Source: a virus
Taxonomy: Duplodnaviria; Caudoviricetes
Strand: one strand, 5' to 3'
Virus record (IMG/VR): IMGVR_UViG_3300024346_000003
DNA length: 64,000 nucleotides
Shown here: one piece after another, positions 9,682 through 20,284 of the stretch
Position numbering within the stretch: position 1 is the stretch's first letter
How the letters are laid out: the number at the start of each line of letters is the position of its first letter
The notes under the pieces: generated by a model
What the model was told of the DNA's origin: nothing
The model's database searches: none
What the model saw: only the letters and a program-made list of their open reading frames with translations
Program-made: the position numbers and the translations under genes

Positions 9682-11277
9682 TTATATTACTCTAACACCA
9701 TTTTTAATAGTCCAAGTACCACTTGATATAGTTGCAATAAGATTAACATTACCACCAGATAAACTAACTGATAAATCAACTTGATTTGTAGTACCACCTA
9801 AATCTAATGTAGATGTATCAGTATATTCAGTACCAATACCATTCCAAACACTCACAACTGTACCAACCCTCATAGTAGTACCACTCATAACATAATAATC
9901 AAAATAAGCACCATAACCAAATGTTTCTGGTATTGAAGAACAAACATGGATACCAGTAGTTAATCCACTTATAATATTAGTGTCCATAACTAATGTACCA
10001 TCAAGTATTAACCTTGAATTATCATACGTTAATCCAGATTGTGCAATTGCACCATTTGTTGTACCATCAGATGTTAATAATCTAGTTATTTGTGGGAATT
10101 GTACAGTATTGAATCCTGTTCCACTACTACCCGAAGTTCCACTTGTACCAGTAGTTCCAGAAGTACCACTTGTTCCAGTTGTCCCAGAACTACCTGATGT
10201 GCCAGAGGTTCCTGATGTACCCGAAGTGGCTGAACTACCTGATGTTCCACTAGTACCACTTGTTCCAGTTGTCCCAGAACTACCTGATGTGCCAGAGGTT
10301 CCTGATGTACCCGAAGTGGCTGAACTACCTGATGTTCCACTAGTACCACTAGTTCCAGAAGTCCCGCTTGTTGCTGAACTTCCACTTGTTCCGCTTGTTC
10401 CAGTTGTCCCAGAACTACCAGATGTACCCGAACTACCAGAACTACCACTAGTTCCAGATGTACCACTTGTTGCTGAACTTCCACTTGTTCCGCTTGTAGC
10501 CGAACTACCCGAAGTCCCACTTGTACCCGTAGTTCCAGATGTACCACTTGTTGCTGAACTTCCACTTGTACCCGTAGTTCCAGATGTACCACTTGTTGCT
10601 GAACTTCCACTTGTACCCGTAGTTCCAGATGTACCACTTGTACCTGATGTTCCAGTTGTCCCAGAAGTTCCACTTGTGGCAGAACTACCTGATGTACCCG
10701 AACTACCAGAAGCACCACTACTACCAGTACCACCACTTGTACCACTTGTTGCTGAACTACCACTTGTTCCACTTGTACCTGTAGTTCCAGATGTTCCCCT
10801 CGTGCCTGAAGTACCGCTAGTTCCACTTGTTGCTGAACTACCTGATGTTCCGCTAGTTGCTGAACTACCCGATGTACCACTAGTTGCTGAACTACCTGAT
10901 GTACCACTCGTACCTGACGTACCTCTAGTTCCACTTGACCCAGAAGTACCTGATGTGCCAGAGGTTCCTGATGTACCATCCGAACCACCAGATTGATAAT
11001 GAACATTATCATTTGCATCTAAAACTAAAAATTTAGATGAACCTATTATGTTACTAACATTTGGTAATTTTAATATATTTAAACTTGTTTCACCTGTAAC
11101 ATTAAAATTACCATCTATCGTTGCAGTTGTTGCTGATAATCTAATAGACATAGTTCCATCACAACTAACTATATCAGCAGTTGTAATACCAGTACATGGT
11201 TTAAACGGAGTAACTGGTGTGCTACTAATTATGAACGTCTTATTTACGTTTATATTACCTTGTGAAAAATTATCCAT
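9682..11277 (-). CDS. virion fibre protein with GTS tract
   Basis: 531 aa; about 288-aa G-X-Y tract flanked by small beta domains; shares the lead-in ([15 protein letters not shown]) with the 1657-aa protein. Confidence 0.7.
   Translation of the reverse strand: MDNFSQGNINVNKTFIISSTPVTPFKPCTGITTADIVSCDGTMSIRLSATTATIDGNFNVTGETSLNILKLPNVSNIIGSSKFLVLDANDNVHYQSGGSDGTSGTSGTSGTSGSSGTRGTSGTSGTSGSSATSGTSGSSATSGTSGSSATSGTSGTSGTRGTSGTTGTSGTSGSSATSGTSGGTGSSGASGSSGTSGSSATSGTSGTTGTSGTSGTSGTTGTSGSSATSGTSGTTGTSGSSATSGTSGTTGTSGTSGSSATSGTSGSSATSGTSGTSGSSGSSGTSGSSGTTGTSGTSGSSATSGTSGTSGTSGTSGSSATSGTSGTSGTSGSSGTTGTSGTSGTSGSSATSGTSGTSGTSGSSGTTGTSGTSGTTGTSGTSGSSGTGFNTVQFPQITRLLTSDGTTNGAIAQSGLTYDNSRLILDGTLVMDTNIISGLTTGIHVCSSIPETFGYGAYFDYYVMSGTTMRVGTVVSVWNGIGTEYTDTSTLDLGGTTNQVDLSVSLSGGNVNLIATISSGTWTIKNGVRVI
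10114..10977 (-). repeat. Gly-Thr-Ser triplet coding repeat (288 aa)
   Basis: [12 protein letters not shown] triplets with higher-order repeats. Confidence 0.95.
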
Positions 11278-12346
11278 TTAATGAGTTTCCGATTAAGCTG
11301 AATGTACTATTCCCATTATTATCAGTCCTAGTTATTGTTATTGTAATATTATCCCATTTATTAAACATTAATGGTTCAACAATAGTAGTACCATTAAATA
11401 TTACCACATTATTTGATTTAATCTCAATATTGGATATATTGATTAAATTTTCAATTGAATTAAACCTACCATCAAAATCAGATACAAATGAAAATGAATT
11501 GACATTTTGAGATGGGTTTGAACCTTTTTGGAAAATAAAATTATAAATAACACCATCATCAACACTACTTGGTAATATTTTAAATTTAACTTTACTTATT
11601 TGACCATCAACTTCAATTGCAACAAATATTCTATTAATAGATGGTATTACCTCAAAATCATTTTCATCTAATATATAACCATAAAGTACCATCTCAAATG
11701 GTTGAACATAAAATCTTCTATTTTCAAAATCATCGATATTACTTTCATCACCAATACTCTCTAAATGTAATGGCATTGGATGACCATTGACACGAACATA
11801 ATGTTGTCTAGACTGAAACATTTTTTGAACCAATTGATTTAATTGATTTAAATCTTTCATTCTATTACAGAACAACCTAACTTCATAAGTTAAATCAACT
11901 GAGGTTGGTTGTGGAATCTTATATGTATCAACACCAACTCTACCACCTTCAAATGTTGGTATCTTCATATACGTATAAGACCTTCTACCAGGTATATTAA
12001 ACAATCCAGCTTGATTTCTACCTACCTGTGGGTTTGGTAGTCTTACAATCGTTATAAATGGCATTTTAATATCTTTATACTTATCGGCAAATTGCCAAGA
12101 TTGACTAAATTCAGACCACCTTTGTAAAGTTAAAAACAAAACAGGTACCTTTTCACCTTCAATTGTAATTGATAAATCCTTTTCAATAAATTCAATAACA
12201 GTTGAATCCATATCTTCATACATTACCCCTCTAGGTAGAAAAGTTCCCTTTCTAGCAATATCATCCAACATATCTTGTCTTTGTTCAAAACCAATTGGTT
12301 GACGTGTAATCTTTATGTCTTTTCTAAATCCTTTAGGTACTGCCAT
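11270..12346 (-). CDS. tail completion / sheath stabiliser (T4 gp15-like)
   Basis: [33 protein letters not shown]; adjacent to a gp14-like gene. Confidence 0.5.
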   Translation of the reverse strand: MAVPKGFRKDIKITRQPIGFEQRQDMLDDIARKGTFLPRGVMYEDMDSTVIEFIEKDLSITIEGEKVPVLFLTLQRWSEFSQSWQFADKYKDIKMPFITIVRLPNPQVGRNQAGLFNIPGRRSYTYMKIPTFEGGRVGVDTYKIPQPTSVDLTYEVRLFCNRMKDLNQLNQLVQKMFQSRQHYVRVNGHPMPLHLESIGDESNIDDFENRRFYVQPFEMVLYGYILDENDFEVIPSINRIFVAIEVDGQISKVKFKILPSSVDDGVIYNFIFQKGSNPSQNVNSFSFVSDFDGRFNSIENLINISNIEIKSNNVVIFNGTTIVEPLMFNKWDNITITITRTDNNGNSTFSLIGNSLNG

Positions 12347-12362
12347 AATTTATTTTTAAATT

Positions 12363-12887
12363 TTAAATTCCTCTGAATTCATTATAATCTATTGGTGCGC
12401 AAAGTACAGTTCTAAATGCACCTTTGTAACCTAATATCGTATGTTTATTATCATAATTTTTTCTACCGTCATTAACGATACTAAAATATCTCATTTCACT
12501 TTCATTAACAGCATAACCAACATAGTCACCAAAACTTAATTCAACATCCATTTCAGCAAGTTGTGCATCATAAATACCAAAAGTTAATTGACCATCCTGT
12601 AAATATCTTAATGAACCAGAACCACTATTATAAGCTTTATTTTCAGCTTCATTTAATATTGGTACTATTCTAAGCTCAACAGGTGGTAAAAATCTAATAC
12701 CATCCATAGTTGATTCACCATAAACATCATCTGATGAAGTTAGAGTTCTATCAACACGATAAAGTATGATTGTAAAATTACCATCATCCTCAATAGCCTC
12801 TCTACCCATATTAATTTCTAAATCAAAATCATCCCTACTAAAAAATTTAGCATTTCTATTTATCGGTATTATTCTAGGTCTCGACAT
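12363..12887 (-). CDS. neck/head-completion protein (T4 gp14-like)
   Basis: IILYRVD...DDVYGES...FLPPVEL...GQLTFGIY...FGDYVGY pattern of head-closure proteins. Confidence 0.5.
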   Translation of the reverse strand: MSRPRIIPINRNAKFFSRDDFDLEINMGREAIEDDGNFTIILYRVDRTLTSSDDVYGESTMDGIRFLPPVELRIVPILNEAENKAYNSGSGSLRYLQDGQLTFGIYDAQLAEMDVELSFGDYVGYAVNESEMRYFSIVNDGRKNYDNKHTILGYKGAFRTVLCAPIDYNEFRGI

Positions 12888-12899
12888 AGTTTTTTATAG

Positions 12900-12907
12900 A
12901 TAAATAT
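12900..12907 (-). promoter_or_regulatory. putative late promoter ATATTTAT
   Basis: 12 nt upstream of the ATG at 12887. Confidence 0.65.
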
Positions 12908-12935
12908 TTGAAATAATATAAATGTCAATTTAATC

Positions 12936-12965
12936 TTGATTTTTATTTAAAAATCCTTATATTTA
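12936..12965 (+). promoter_or_regulatory. host-type (Bacteroidota sigma-A-like) promoter
   Basis: TTGAT-N17-TATATTTA upstream of the helicase. Confidence 0.4.
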
Positions 12966-13013
12966 ATAGTATTTTTAGATACAAATAACAATTAAATTTT
13001 AACTATATGAGAT

Positions 13014-14864
13014 TTGATAAATTTAGATGAAATAGGTGGGTATTCAGCAATCTCAAAACTTAAGGGTTATGAAGGTAAAAACCCATATATAAAAAAAATG
13101 AAAAAAAAATTATTGGCTGACGGTAAAATAATTCTTACACCAACCCAAAGTAAATATGTAATGGATAACTTTGATAAAGAACCTATGTTAATTAATAAAA
13201 TTGTTAATATAACTGAATTCTTAGGTGAATCATTACAACAAAATGAGAAATTAACATTCAAACCAGAAAGGATTTTAATTGAATTTATGTTAGCTGATTC
13301 TGAAAAGACTTATCATGTATATGGTAAATTAACTAAAAAACAAGCAAAGTCTGGAATGTATTTTTTACCAAAAACACAAGTGGTTGATGACCCATATTTC
13401 CAAGAATGTGATATTGATGTTGATTTTGAAAAATATGAGAAACTAGACAGCTTTATTGATTCAGAAGGTAAAGTTGGTAGAAAAATATTAGACCATCAAA
13501 AATCAGGTATAAAATTCTTATTGACTAGAAATGGTGCAATACTAGCTGATGATATGGGTTTAGGTAAATCAATGCAATCAATAGTGGCCGCTATTGAAAG
13601 TGGTGCTAAAAAAATATTAATTGTTTGTCCATCATCAGCAAAAATAAACTGGCAAAGAGAAATTAATTACTTACAAGAAGAAGATATTACGATAATCAGT
13701 GGTTCGAGATGGTCACACGCAAAGTTTACAATAATTAACTTTGATATATTGAAAAATTTCCACACATTAAAAGATGATAAAAATGATGGTATGCCACCGA
13801 TTAGAGATTTAGTTAACTCTAATTTTGATTTGTGTATTATAGATGAAGCTCACAACCTTAGAAACCATAAAAGTATTCGTGGTGCTATTATGACTGAACT
13901 TTGTGTAGATTATGGAATTGAACGAGTTTGGTTATTATCAGGAACACCTGTGGCAAACAGACCTATGGACTTTTATAACTTATTACGATTAATTAAATCA
14001 CCATTAGTTGATAATTGGAAATTCTATGCTCAAAGATACTGTGAAGGTAAACAAATTACAACAACATTAAAGAATAGAACAAAAAGAAAAATTTGGATTA
14101 CCAATGGTGCATCAAATTTAGATGAATTATCTATTAAAACTAGGAATCTTCTATTAAGAAGAATGAAAGATGAAGTTTTAGATATGCCAGACAAAATACG
14201 AGTTCCGAATTATTTTAAAATGTCAAACAAACAACAACTAGAATATGACTCACTATGGGAAGATTATCTACTTGAAAGAAAAAAACAAAAGAAAAAAGGT
14301 ACTATACAAAGAGATTTAGTTGAATTAGGTTTACTAAGAAAATATATTGCAATGGAAACTATACCAGAAACTATAGCTTTAGTTGATGAAGTAATAGAAC
14401 AAGGTCATAAAGTAATCATCTTTACATGTTTCACTGATGAATTAAACGCACTAGCTGAACATTATGGTAGTAATTGTGTAATTCATTATGGTGAATTAAA
14501 TGAAAAAGAAAAACAAAAATCAGTAGATAAATTCCAAATGGAAGGTGGTCCGATGGTATTTATAGGTAATATTATATCAGCTGGTGTTGCGATTACATTA
14601 ACAAGGTCAACATATGTTGTTTTTAATTCATTTGACTGGGTTCCTGGTAATTCAGAACAAGCTGAAGATAGAAGTTATAGATTAGGTCAAAAAAATAATG
14701 TTACAGTTTATTATAACTTATTTGAGAACACAATAGTTAGCACAATGTGGCACACCTTGAATAGAAAGAAAAACATAATTAATCAAATTATGTCAAGAAA
14801 TGATAATAACACAACCGCAGTTGATGAAATTGTGGATTATATAATAGAAGATAAAATAGAATAA
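13014..14864 (+). CDS. SNF2/HARP-like DEAH helicase
   Basis: LADDMGLGKS (Walker A), IIDEAH, LLSGTP, QAEDRSYRLGQ; TTG start. Confidence 0.9.
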   Translation: MINLDEIGGYSAISKLKGYEGKNPYIKKMKKKLLADGKIILTPTQSKYVMDNFDKEPMLINKIVNITEFLGESLQQNEKLTFKPERILIEFMLADSEKTYHVYGKLTKKQAKSGMYFLPKTQVVDDPYFQECDIDVDFEKYEKLDSFIDSEGKVGRKILDHQKSGIKFLLTRNGAILADDMGLGKSMQSIVAAIESGAKKILIVCPSSAKINWQREINYLQEEDITIISGSRWSHAKFTIINFDILKNFHTLKDDKNDGMPPIRDLVNSNFDLCIIDEAHNLRNHKSIRGAIMTELCVDYGIERVWLLSGTPVANRPMDFYNLLRLIKSPLVDNWKFYAQRYCEGKQITTTLKNRTKRKIWITNGASNLDELSIKTRNLLLRRMKDEVLDMPDKIRVPNYFKMSNKQQLEYDSLWEDYLLERKKQKKKGTIQRDLVELGLLRKYIAMETIPETIALVDEVIEQGHKVIIFTCFTDELNALAEHYGSNCVIHYGELNEKEKQKSVDKFQMEGGPMVFIGNIISAGVAITLTRSTYVVFNSFDWVPGNSEQAEDRSYRLGQKNNVTVYYNLFENTIVSTMWHTLNRKKNIINQIMSRNDNNTTAVDEIVDYIIEDKIE

Positions 14865-14866
14865 AA

Positions 14867-15124
14867 ATGGTAAAATTATATGGATTTGAAGATTGCCCTT
14901 ATTGTCAAGAATTAAAAGGGTTATTTGATACAAACGGTATTGAATACACTTATGTTGATGTTATGGCTGATGAGAATGAAAAAGAAATTGAAAAAATATT
15001 TGAATTGACTAAACAAGAGTCAGTTCCAGTTGTTTTAGTTAATAAAACAATCTTAGCACCAGAATCTTCATTCAAAACAATAGCTGAAGCTTACAAATTA
15101 ACTTTAAAATTTTTAAATACTTAA
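14867..15124 (+). CDS. glutaredoxin
   Basis: CPYC active site, SVPVV motif. Confidence 0.85.
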   Translation: MVKLYGFEDCPYCQELKGLFDTNGIEYTYVDVMADENEKEIEKIFELTKQESVPVVLVNKTILAPESSFKTIAEAYKLTLKFLNT

Positions 15125-15146
15125 TTGATGATTATAGTATTGTTAG

Positions 15147-15154
15147 ATATTTAT
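15147..15154 (+). promoter_or_regulatory. putative late promoter ATATTTAT
   Basis: 16 nt upstream of the neck-gene ATG. Confidence 0.65.
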
Positions 15155-15170
15155 ATATAAATCAGATATC

Positions 15171-16322
15171 ATGGCAGTAAATGAAGACGAAAAATTAAAA
15201 ATATTTGAACAATTCAGGGTGTCTATGGGTTGGCCTAATCGTAAGATTGAACTTGACGATGACCAACTTTGTGTACTACTTGAAATTGCAATAGAAGATT
15301 ATGCACAATACACTCAAGAATGGTTAATTGAACATCAATGGATGTCATTATTGGGTAAAGATGTTGATACAATTGATATGGCATTTGCCTTAAGTGTTAG
15401 AAGTTTAGATTTCTCAACACAATATACTTACGCATACTCAAAACAAGTTGGACTACAAACCAGAGGTCCATGGGAACTTAAAAAAGATTATATAAATGTA
15501 GAAGCTGGTAGACAAGTTTATCAGATTCCAGCTGGTAGAGAAGTTAATGAAGTATTATGGGTAACACCACCAACAACAGATAGAGCTTTATTTGCTAACT
15601 ATGGTGGTCTTAACTATGGTTTAGGTGGTGGGTTTGCTCAAATGGGTTCTGGTGGTGGTGCCATGGGTGCTGGTATGGGTGGTGCTGGTATGGGTGGTTA
15701 CTTTATCGCACCAGCATATGACATCTTATTGACCGCATCTGACATGAACTTAAAGAATAGAATTTTAAGAAGTGAATTAGTTTATAAAATAACTAAAGGT
15801 CCAGATGGAACTAGATTACTACATTTATTAAGTACACCAGGTTCTAAATTTAGTTTTGGTGGTGCTATAGGAAATCAAGGTGTTGGTGGTGGAATTAATT
15901 TAACTGGTTGTCAAGTGTGGTATTACTATTATGATACTGATAACCCAGAGGAATGTAGATTACAAAACCCTGATATTATCATGTCACCAAATGATGTTCC
16001 ACTTTCTAAATTAGATTTCGCTAAGTTCAATGAACCAACTAGAACATTAATACGTCAATTATTTGTATCTGAAGCAAAAAGAGCATTAGGTAGAACTAGA
16101 GGTAAATTCGGAGGAGTTGTTGGACCACCAGAAGCTGAAAAGACAATGGATTATGATTCATTATTATCTGAAGGTAATGAAGAAAGAAGAACTATACTAG
16201 AAAGGTTAGATGAAAGATTAGCAAGGTTATCTAGTACAACACAATTAGAAAGAGCAGCAAATGAAGCTGAATATCTAAATAGAGCATTAAAATTCAGACC
16301 AATGGGTTTTTATATGAAATAA
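15171..16322 (+). CDS. neck protein (T4 gp13-like)
   Basis: LDDDQLCVLLEIAIEDY N-terminal motif, Gly-rich loop, WIR-like region ending ...LGRTRGKF..V. Confidence 0.55.
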   Translation: MAVNEDEKLKIFEQFRVSMGWPNRKIELDDDQLCVLLEIAIEDYAQYTQEWLIEHQWMSLLGKDVDTIDMAFALSVRSLDFSTQYTYAYSKQVGLQTRGPWELKKDYINVEAGRQVYQIPAGREVNEVLWVTPPTTDRALFANYGGLNYGLGGGFAQMGSGGGAMGAGMGGAGMGGYFIAPAYDILLTASDMNLKNRILRSELVYKITKGPDGTRLLHLLSTPGSKFSFGGAIGNQGVGGGINLTGCQVWYYYYDTDNPEECRLQNPDIIMSPNDVPLSKLDFAKFNEPTRTLIRQLFVSEAKRALGRTRGKFGGVVGPPEAEKTMDYDSLLSEGNEERRTILERLDERLARLSSTTQLERAANEAEYLNRALKFRPMGFYMK

Positions 16323-16323
16323 A

Positions 16324-16347
16324 AAAAGGGACTTCAGAGTCCCTTTT
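16324..16347. terminator. bidirectional intrinsic terminator
   Basis: AAAAGGGACT-TCAG-AGTCCCTTTT between convergent genes. Confidence 0.85.
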
Positions 16348-16353
16348 CTATTT

Positions 16354-19300
16354 TTAGAAGTTCCAATCATTACCATCGTCATCAATCGAAATTTTATCTT
16401 CACTAGGTGGAAATTCTTCATTCATATATTCCTCATGTTCTTTATACACTTCTTCATTATATATGGTTGCCCCCAAATCCCTAAGTTCTTTTTCCATTGT
16501 TCCACCAGACATAGCTTCCATTTCAGCTTTATAATCTAACCACATATCATACATATTATCAGCACCATGTTCTACTGAACTATACCACAGAGCCCTTTCT
16601 TTTGCATCATCTTCGTAATCAAATAATGCTGCTGATTTAAATAATGGTTCATCCCATTTTATAGACATTAAATGTTCTTTAGTAACCTCAATGATAGACT
16701 CAAGTCTCAAAGGCAATTTATTATAATTAATCATTTTATGATAATCAGAAGTTTCCATTCTTTTTAATAAATTTAAAACTTCTCTTTTTTCTTCCTTAAT
16801 ACCCTCTTCTTTAGCAATTCGCATTCTCTCAAGATAATCTTCAGTAAGTAGTAACCAATCAGCATCATCGATAAAGTTAGGTGTTTTATTTACTGAAATC
16901 CAGAATTTAATTTCTCTATCTTCTAATCGCATTAAATCATCTTCGTAATCATCTTGGTCACCTGGCTCCAATGGTTTACCAGATACAAGTGTACATTCAG
17001 ATTCAGTGAAAACACTTCTTTGTTGAAGTTTCATTAATTTAGTCTTCTTATCCTTTTCAACACTAATTAAAATTCTATCTCTAATATCAGTATCGAAACA
17101 AACTAATAGTGATTTTATTCTATTGTTTAAACTTTCTAAGTATTTAGCAACATTATAATCATCGACTAATAAATCTGGGTTTTTCTCAATTTGTTCTTGA
17201 GGTATTAACTGACAATTAAATCCAACTTCAACCAAACCAGTCTCTTTATTTTTTGTAGCTTTAATATCATTATGTGATTTAGCTGTACCAGTATTGATAT
17301 AATAAATAACATCACCAATATCAACCTTCAAATCATTTGCTATTGCAAGTTCCATATGGGCTTGTCTTGATTTTGAATTACCAGCTTTATTCTTTTCACC
17401 ACAATAGACATTTTTGTAGTTATTTAATGTCATTTTAATTCTAGATTTTGATGCAATTTTTAATGCTGGAATCTGATAATTATAAATCTTATTAACTGTC
17501 TCATAATACAATTCAATAAATTCATATCCCTTACCATCAAGTAACAAAGCAATACACTCATTTATAAATTCCTCAATATATACAGGCATTGATTTTGATT
17601 TGATACTGTTACCAACAAGCTTAACCTTACCATCAATTTTGTTTGCATAGTTTTTTCGCTTAAAATTGATTGATGCATCGTAAATATCATCTATATCAAG
17701 ACCCATACGACCTTCCATATATGTCTCATTAAATTCAGCCAATGTAGCATCCAAACCTACTAATTCAGTTCCTGGTTCATACTTTTCAGTTTTCCAATGA
17801 CTTGCTTTAACAATATATTTAATATCATTAATATTTTCTGGAATAATAAAGTTACAACCATCGGTATCTAATACTAAAGGTTCAAAATCATATTTACCCT
17901 TAAAGAATTTAACCATAAGTCTTAATGATTGTCTACCTCTACATGTTGTTTCTTCAGCACAATCTGTATCACCCCATGGGAACAAATAAGGTGCACCGTA
18001 TGAACCAAACCATGAGTTAGCTAGAATTTTAAGTGGTAATTGTTTCTTATCGTAATCTGAACTCTTTTTAGATTCAATAGTAATCATTGATTTAGCCTTC
18101 TCAATGCGCTCTGGTGTTAATTTACCCATGTTGGTATCCAACAACTCTTTTAGTCGCTTAGATTCATCCTTATGCTCACCAGTTAAGAATTTAAACTCAT
18201 CACGTTTATCAACAACATATGTTAATAAACCTTCCATTACACCAGTAATATCAAGATTCGGGAATATTCCCCAAGTTAATTGTGTTTTAGGATATAGGGC
18301 TGCAAAGTCAAACTTAACAACACCACGATTACCAGCGTACCCAACTTTTAATAATCTAGATAAACCACCTGTAAATTCTCTTTTTGGTTGAAGACTAGGA
18401 ATACCTAACCCATTTTCATATGACCAAGCGGCCATAATCAACTTCCATTGACCAGCAGTTCCCATTGTTGAACTTCGCATATAAGAAGTTGGTAAAATCT
18501 TAGCTAATAAGAATGATGCTTGATTATAGATATAATCAACTTGTTCAGTTTCCCAAAGGTCATCTAATAAATAACGTTGAACTATGTAATCACCTTTAAC
18601 CCTAGTTAACCCACCGTCATTGAGTAATTTATTCACAGTTTCATCTGATAAATTACTTTCTTTATCTAGCAACGTATCCAATAACCCCCAAGAACCATCT
18701 TCATTATTAAACCAATAATCTCTTTTGTCAGCCCATGTATAATTGATTTTATCACCTGGAACATAAACACGATTTGTTTTTGCTACTTTAGAGAATTTAG
18801 TAATATACTTCAAACTCCATTGTTTAATATCTGAATTAATTGCTTGCGCTCTACGAACAGCATGTGAAATATCCAAGATATTATAACCCCACATATAAGT
18901 TTGTAGGTAGTTAATAGTTTCTTGACCTAATTTTAATTGGGAATCCTTTCTTTTTATTTTAGAATTAGGACTTAATGTTTTAACGATTTGAGTAAAATCA
19001 ATTGATAATCTTTCACATCGTCTTTCGATATACGGCCAGTCAAAGTTTTCAGAATTATAAGCTGTAATTAAATCTGGTTTTAACCTATCTATTATCTTAA
19101 ACATTTCGATAATATTTTCTTTTTCAGATTCTCTTCGTTCTTTTGGTGTATCACCTTTGGTTTCTAATATAATTTCAAATCCATGATTATCTTTTACACC
19201 AACTTGGAAAATCTCATGTCTGCTAGCATCTAAACCAGCAGTTTCCAAGTCAAATTGCAATCTATGCAACCCATTATAATCATCAATACCTTTAAATAAA

Positions 19301-19761
19301 CGCTTACCAGTTTGTATTAGAAATTGTTCAGATGGTGGTAATGCTAAAAATAAACCCTTATATTTATCACCCCATATATCAACACCACCTTCTTTAAAGA
19401 ATGCAATTAAACTACTATAACCATTTGTTGTTTCAGCTATAAATTTATAACCATTATCCATTCGGTCTGGTATAAACCCACTTTCATCACTAACCCTTAA
19501 TGGTTTTAACTTAATATTGAATTTAGCTCTAGCTTCTCTTAACCTAGTTTTATTACCACCATATAAAATATTTGACGCATCCTGTTTCAACCAAACAAAT
19601 GGTTTATAATTATGTCGCTCAAGTCTTTTACCTGTTTCAGGGTCATTAATTACTAAATCAACATAGTTCTCACTATAATTAGACTCGATAGCAATAATAT
19701 ATTTTTGTGGGTCTCTACCCTCTAGAAATGATTCAATTTCTTCAAAATTTATTTTACTCAT
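16354..19761 (-). CDS. polB: family B DNA polymerase
   Basis: ExoI FDLETAG, ExoII AYNSENFDW, motif A DFAALYP, motif B KILANSWFG, motif C LDTDG. Confidence 0.95.
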   Translation of the reverse strand: MSKINFEEIESFLEGRDPQKYIIAIESNYSENYVDLVINDPETGKRLERHNYKPFVWLKQDASNILYGGNKTRLREARAKFNIKLKPLRVSDESGFIPDRMDNGYKFIAETTNGYSSLIAFFKEGGVDIWGDKYKGLFLALPPSEQFLIQTGKRLFKGIDDYNGLHRLQFDLETAGLDASRHEIFQVGVKDNHGFEIILETKGDTPKERRESEKENIIEMFKIIDRLKPDLITAYNSENFDWPYIERRCERLSIDFTQIVKTLSPNSKIKRKDSQLKLGQETINYLQTYMWGYNILDISHAVRRAQAINSDIKQWSLKYITKFSKVAKTNRVYVPGDKINYTWADKRDYWFNNEDGSWGLLDTLLDKESNLSDETVNKLLNDGGLTRVKGDYIVQRYLLDDLWETEQVDYIYNQASFLLAKILPTSYMRSSTMGTAGQWKLIMAAWSYENGLGIPSLQPKREFTGGLSRLLKVGYAGNRGVVKFDFAALYPKTQLTWGIFPNLDITGVMEGLLTYVVDKRDEFKFLTGEHKDESKRLKELLDTNMGKLTPERIEKAKSMITIESKKSSDYDKKQLPLKILANSWFGSYGAPYLFPWGDTDCAEETTCRGRQSLRLMVKFFKGKYDFEPLVLDTDGCNFIIPENINDIKYIVKASHWKTEKYEPGTELVGLDATLAEFNETYMEGRMGLDIDDIYDASINFKRKNYANKIDGKVKLVGNSIKSKSMPVYIEEFINECIALLLDGKGYEFIELYYETVNKIYNYQIPALKIASKSRIKMTLNNYKNVYCGEKNKAGNSKSRQAHMELAIANDLKVDIGDVIYYINTGTAKSHNDIKATKNKETGLVEVGFNCQLIPQEQIEKNPDLLVDDYNVAKYLESLNNRIKSLLVCFDTDIRDRILISVEKDKKTKLMKLQQRSVFTESECTLVSGKPLEPGDQDDYEDDLMRLEDREIKFWISVNKTPNFIDDADWLLLTEDYLERMRIAKEEGIKEEKREVLNLLKRMETSDYHKMINYNKLPLRLESIIEVTKEHLMSIKWDEPLFKSAALFDYEDDAKERALWYSSVEHGADNMYDMWLDYKAEMEAMSGGTMEKELRDLGATIYNEEVYKEHEEYMNEEFPPSEDKISIDDDGNDWNF

Positions 19762-19776
19762 AAGATATTATTTATA

Positions 19777-19807
19777 CAAATATATGGGGTAAAATAAATT
19801 AAAACAA
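19777..19807 (-). promoter_or_regulatory. host-type promoter (proximal) of polB
   Basis: Minus strand TTGTT-N18-TATATTTG matches the Bacteroidota TAnnTTTG -7 element. Confidence 0.6.
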
Positions 19808-19829
19808 CAGATTAAGGGTATTTTATTTT

Positions 19830-19852
19830 TTAACCGTTTTCCAAACGGTTAA
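19830..19852. promoter_or_regulatory. perfect 10-bp inverted repeat (operator/hairpin) upstream of polB
   Basis: TTAACCGTTT-TCC-AAACGGTTAA; no U-tract follows it on either strand. Confidence 0.6.
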
Positions 19853-19883
19853 CAAAGTTACTAAATTAAGATTAAAAATGCAA
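19853..19883 (-). promoter_or_regulatory. host-type promoter (distal) of polB
   Basis: Minus strand TTGCA-N18-TAACTTTG. Confidence 0.65.
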
Positions 19884-19891
19884 CAAAAAGG

Positions 19892-20260
19892 TTATTTTTT
19901 AATACTACCGTCTAAAATATGTATGTATAATTCTTCTCTAATAGGCATAATTAAAGTACCATAACCATCTAAAAACTCAATAGTAAATTGACCAACATAA
20001 GTACCTGGTTTTTTTGTTTCTCTTTCTGAAAATTTATATGCTATATAATATTCATCATAACCACAGTCAGATGGTTTGGCAATACAAAGTGCTGGTTTTT
20101 TACCAATTACTTTAACACCAGTCTCCAATTCAGACATAGAAAAATACATATTTGAATTTTGTATCAGTTCATATATTTTTTTCACATCATATCTACCATC
20201 TTGAACAACATCAAGCTTCATTATAGGTAAAGTTGAATTTTTATTTATATAGAAATCCAT
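19892..20260 (-). CDS. BppU-N-like baseplate/virion protein
   Basis: FYINKNSTLPIMK...GTYVGQFTIEF Ig-like pattern; late motif upstream at 20275-20282. Confidence 0.4.
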   Translation of the reverse strand: MDFYINKNSTLPIMKLDVVQDGRYDVKKIYELIQNSNMYFSMSELETGVKVIGKKPALCIAKPSDCGYDEYYIAYKFSERETKKPGTYVGQFTIEFLDGYGTLIMPIREELYIHILDGSIKK

Positions 20261-20274
20261 AAAGTTTTTTTATT

Positions 20275-20282
20275 ATAAATAT
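20275..20282 (-). promoter_or_regulatory. putative late promoter ATATTTAT
   Basis: 14 nt upstream of the ATG at 20260. Confidence 0.65.
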
Positions 20283-20284
20283 CA

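Noticed and set aside
9980-11018. 338-aa antisense and 310-aa alternative-frame ORFs
   Set aside because: Same repeat-shadow artefact.
16354-19761. Intein in the 1135-aa polymerase
   Set aside because: No C/S...HN-C/S/T splice junctions or LAGLIDADG motifs seen; the spacing of motifs A, B and C is normal.
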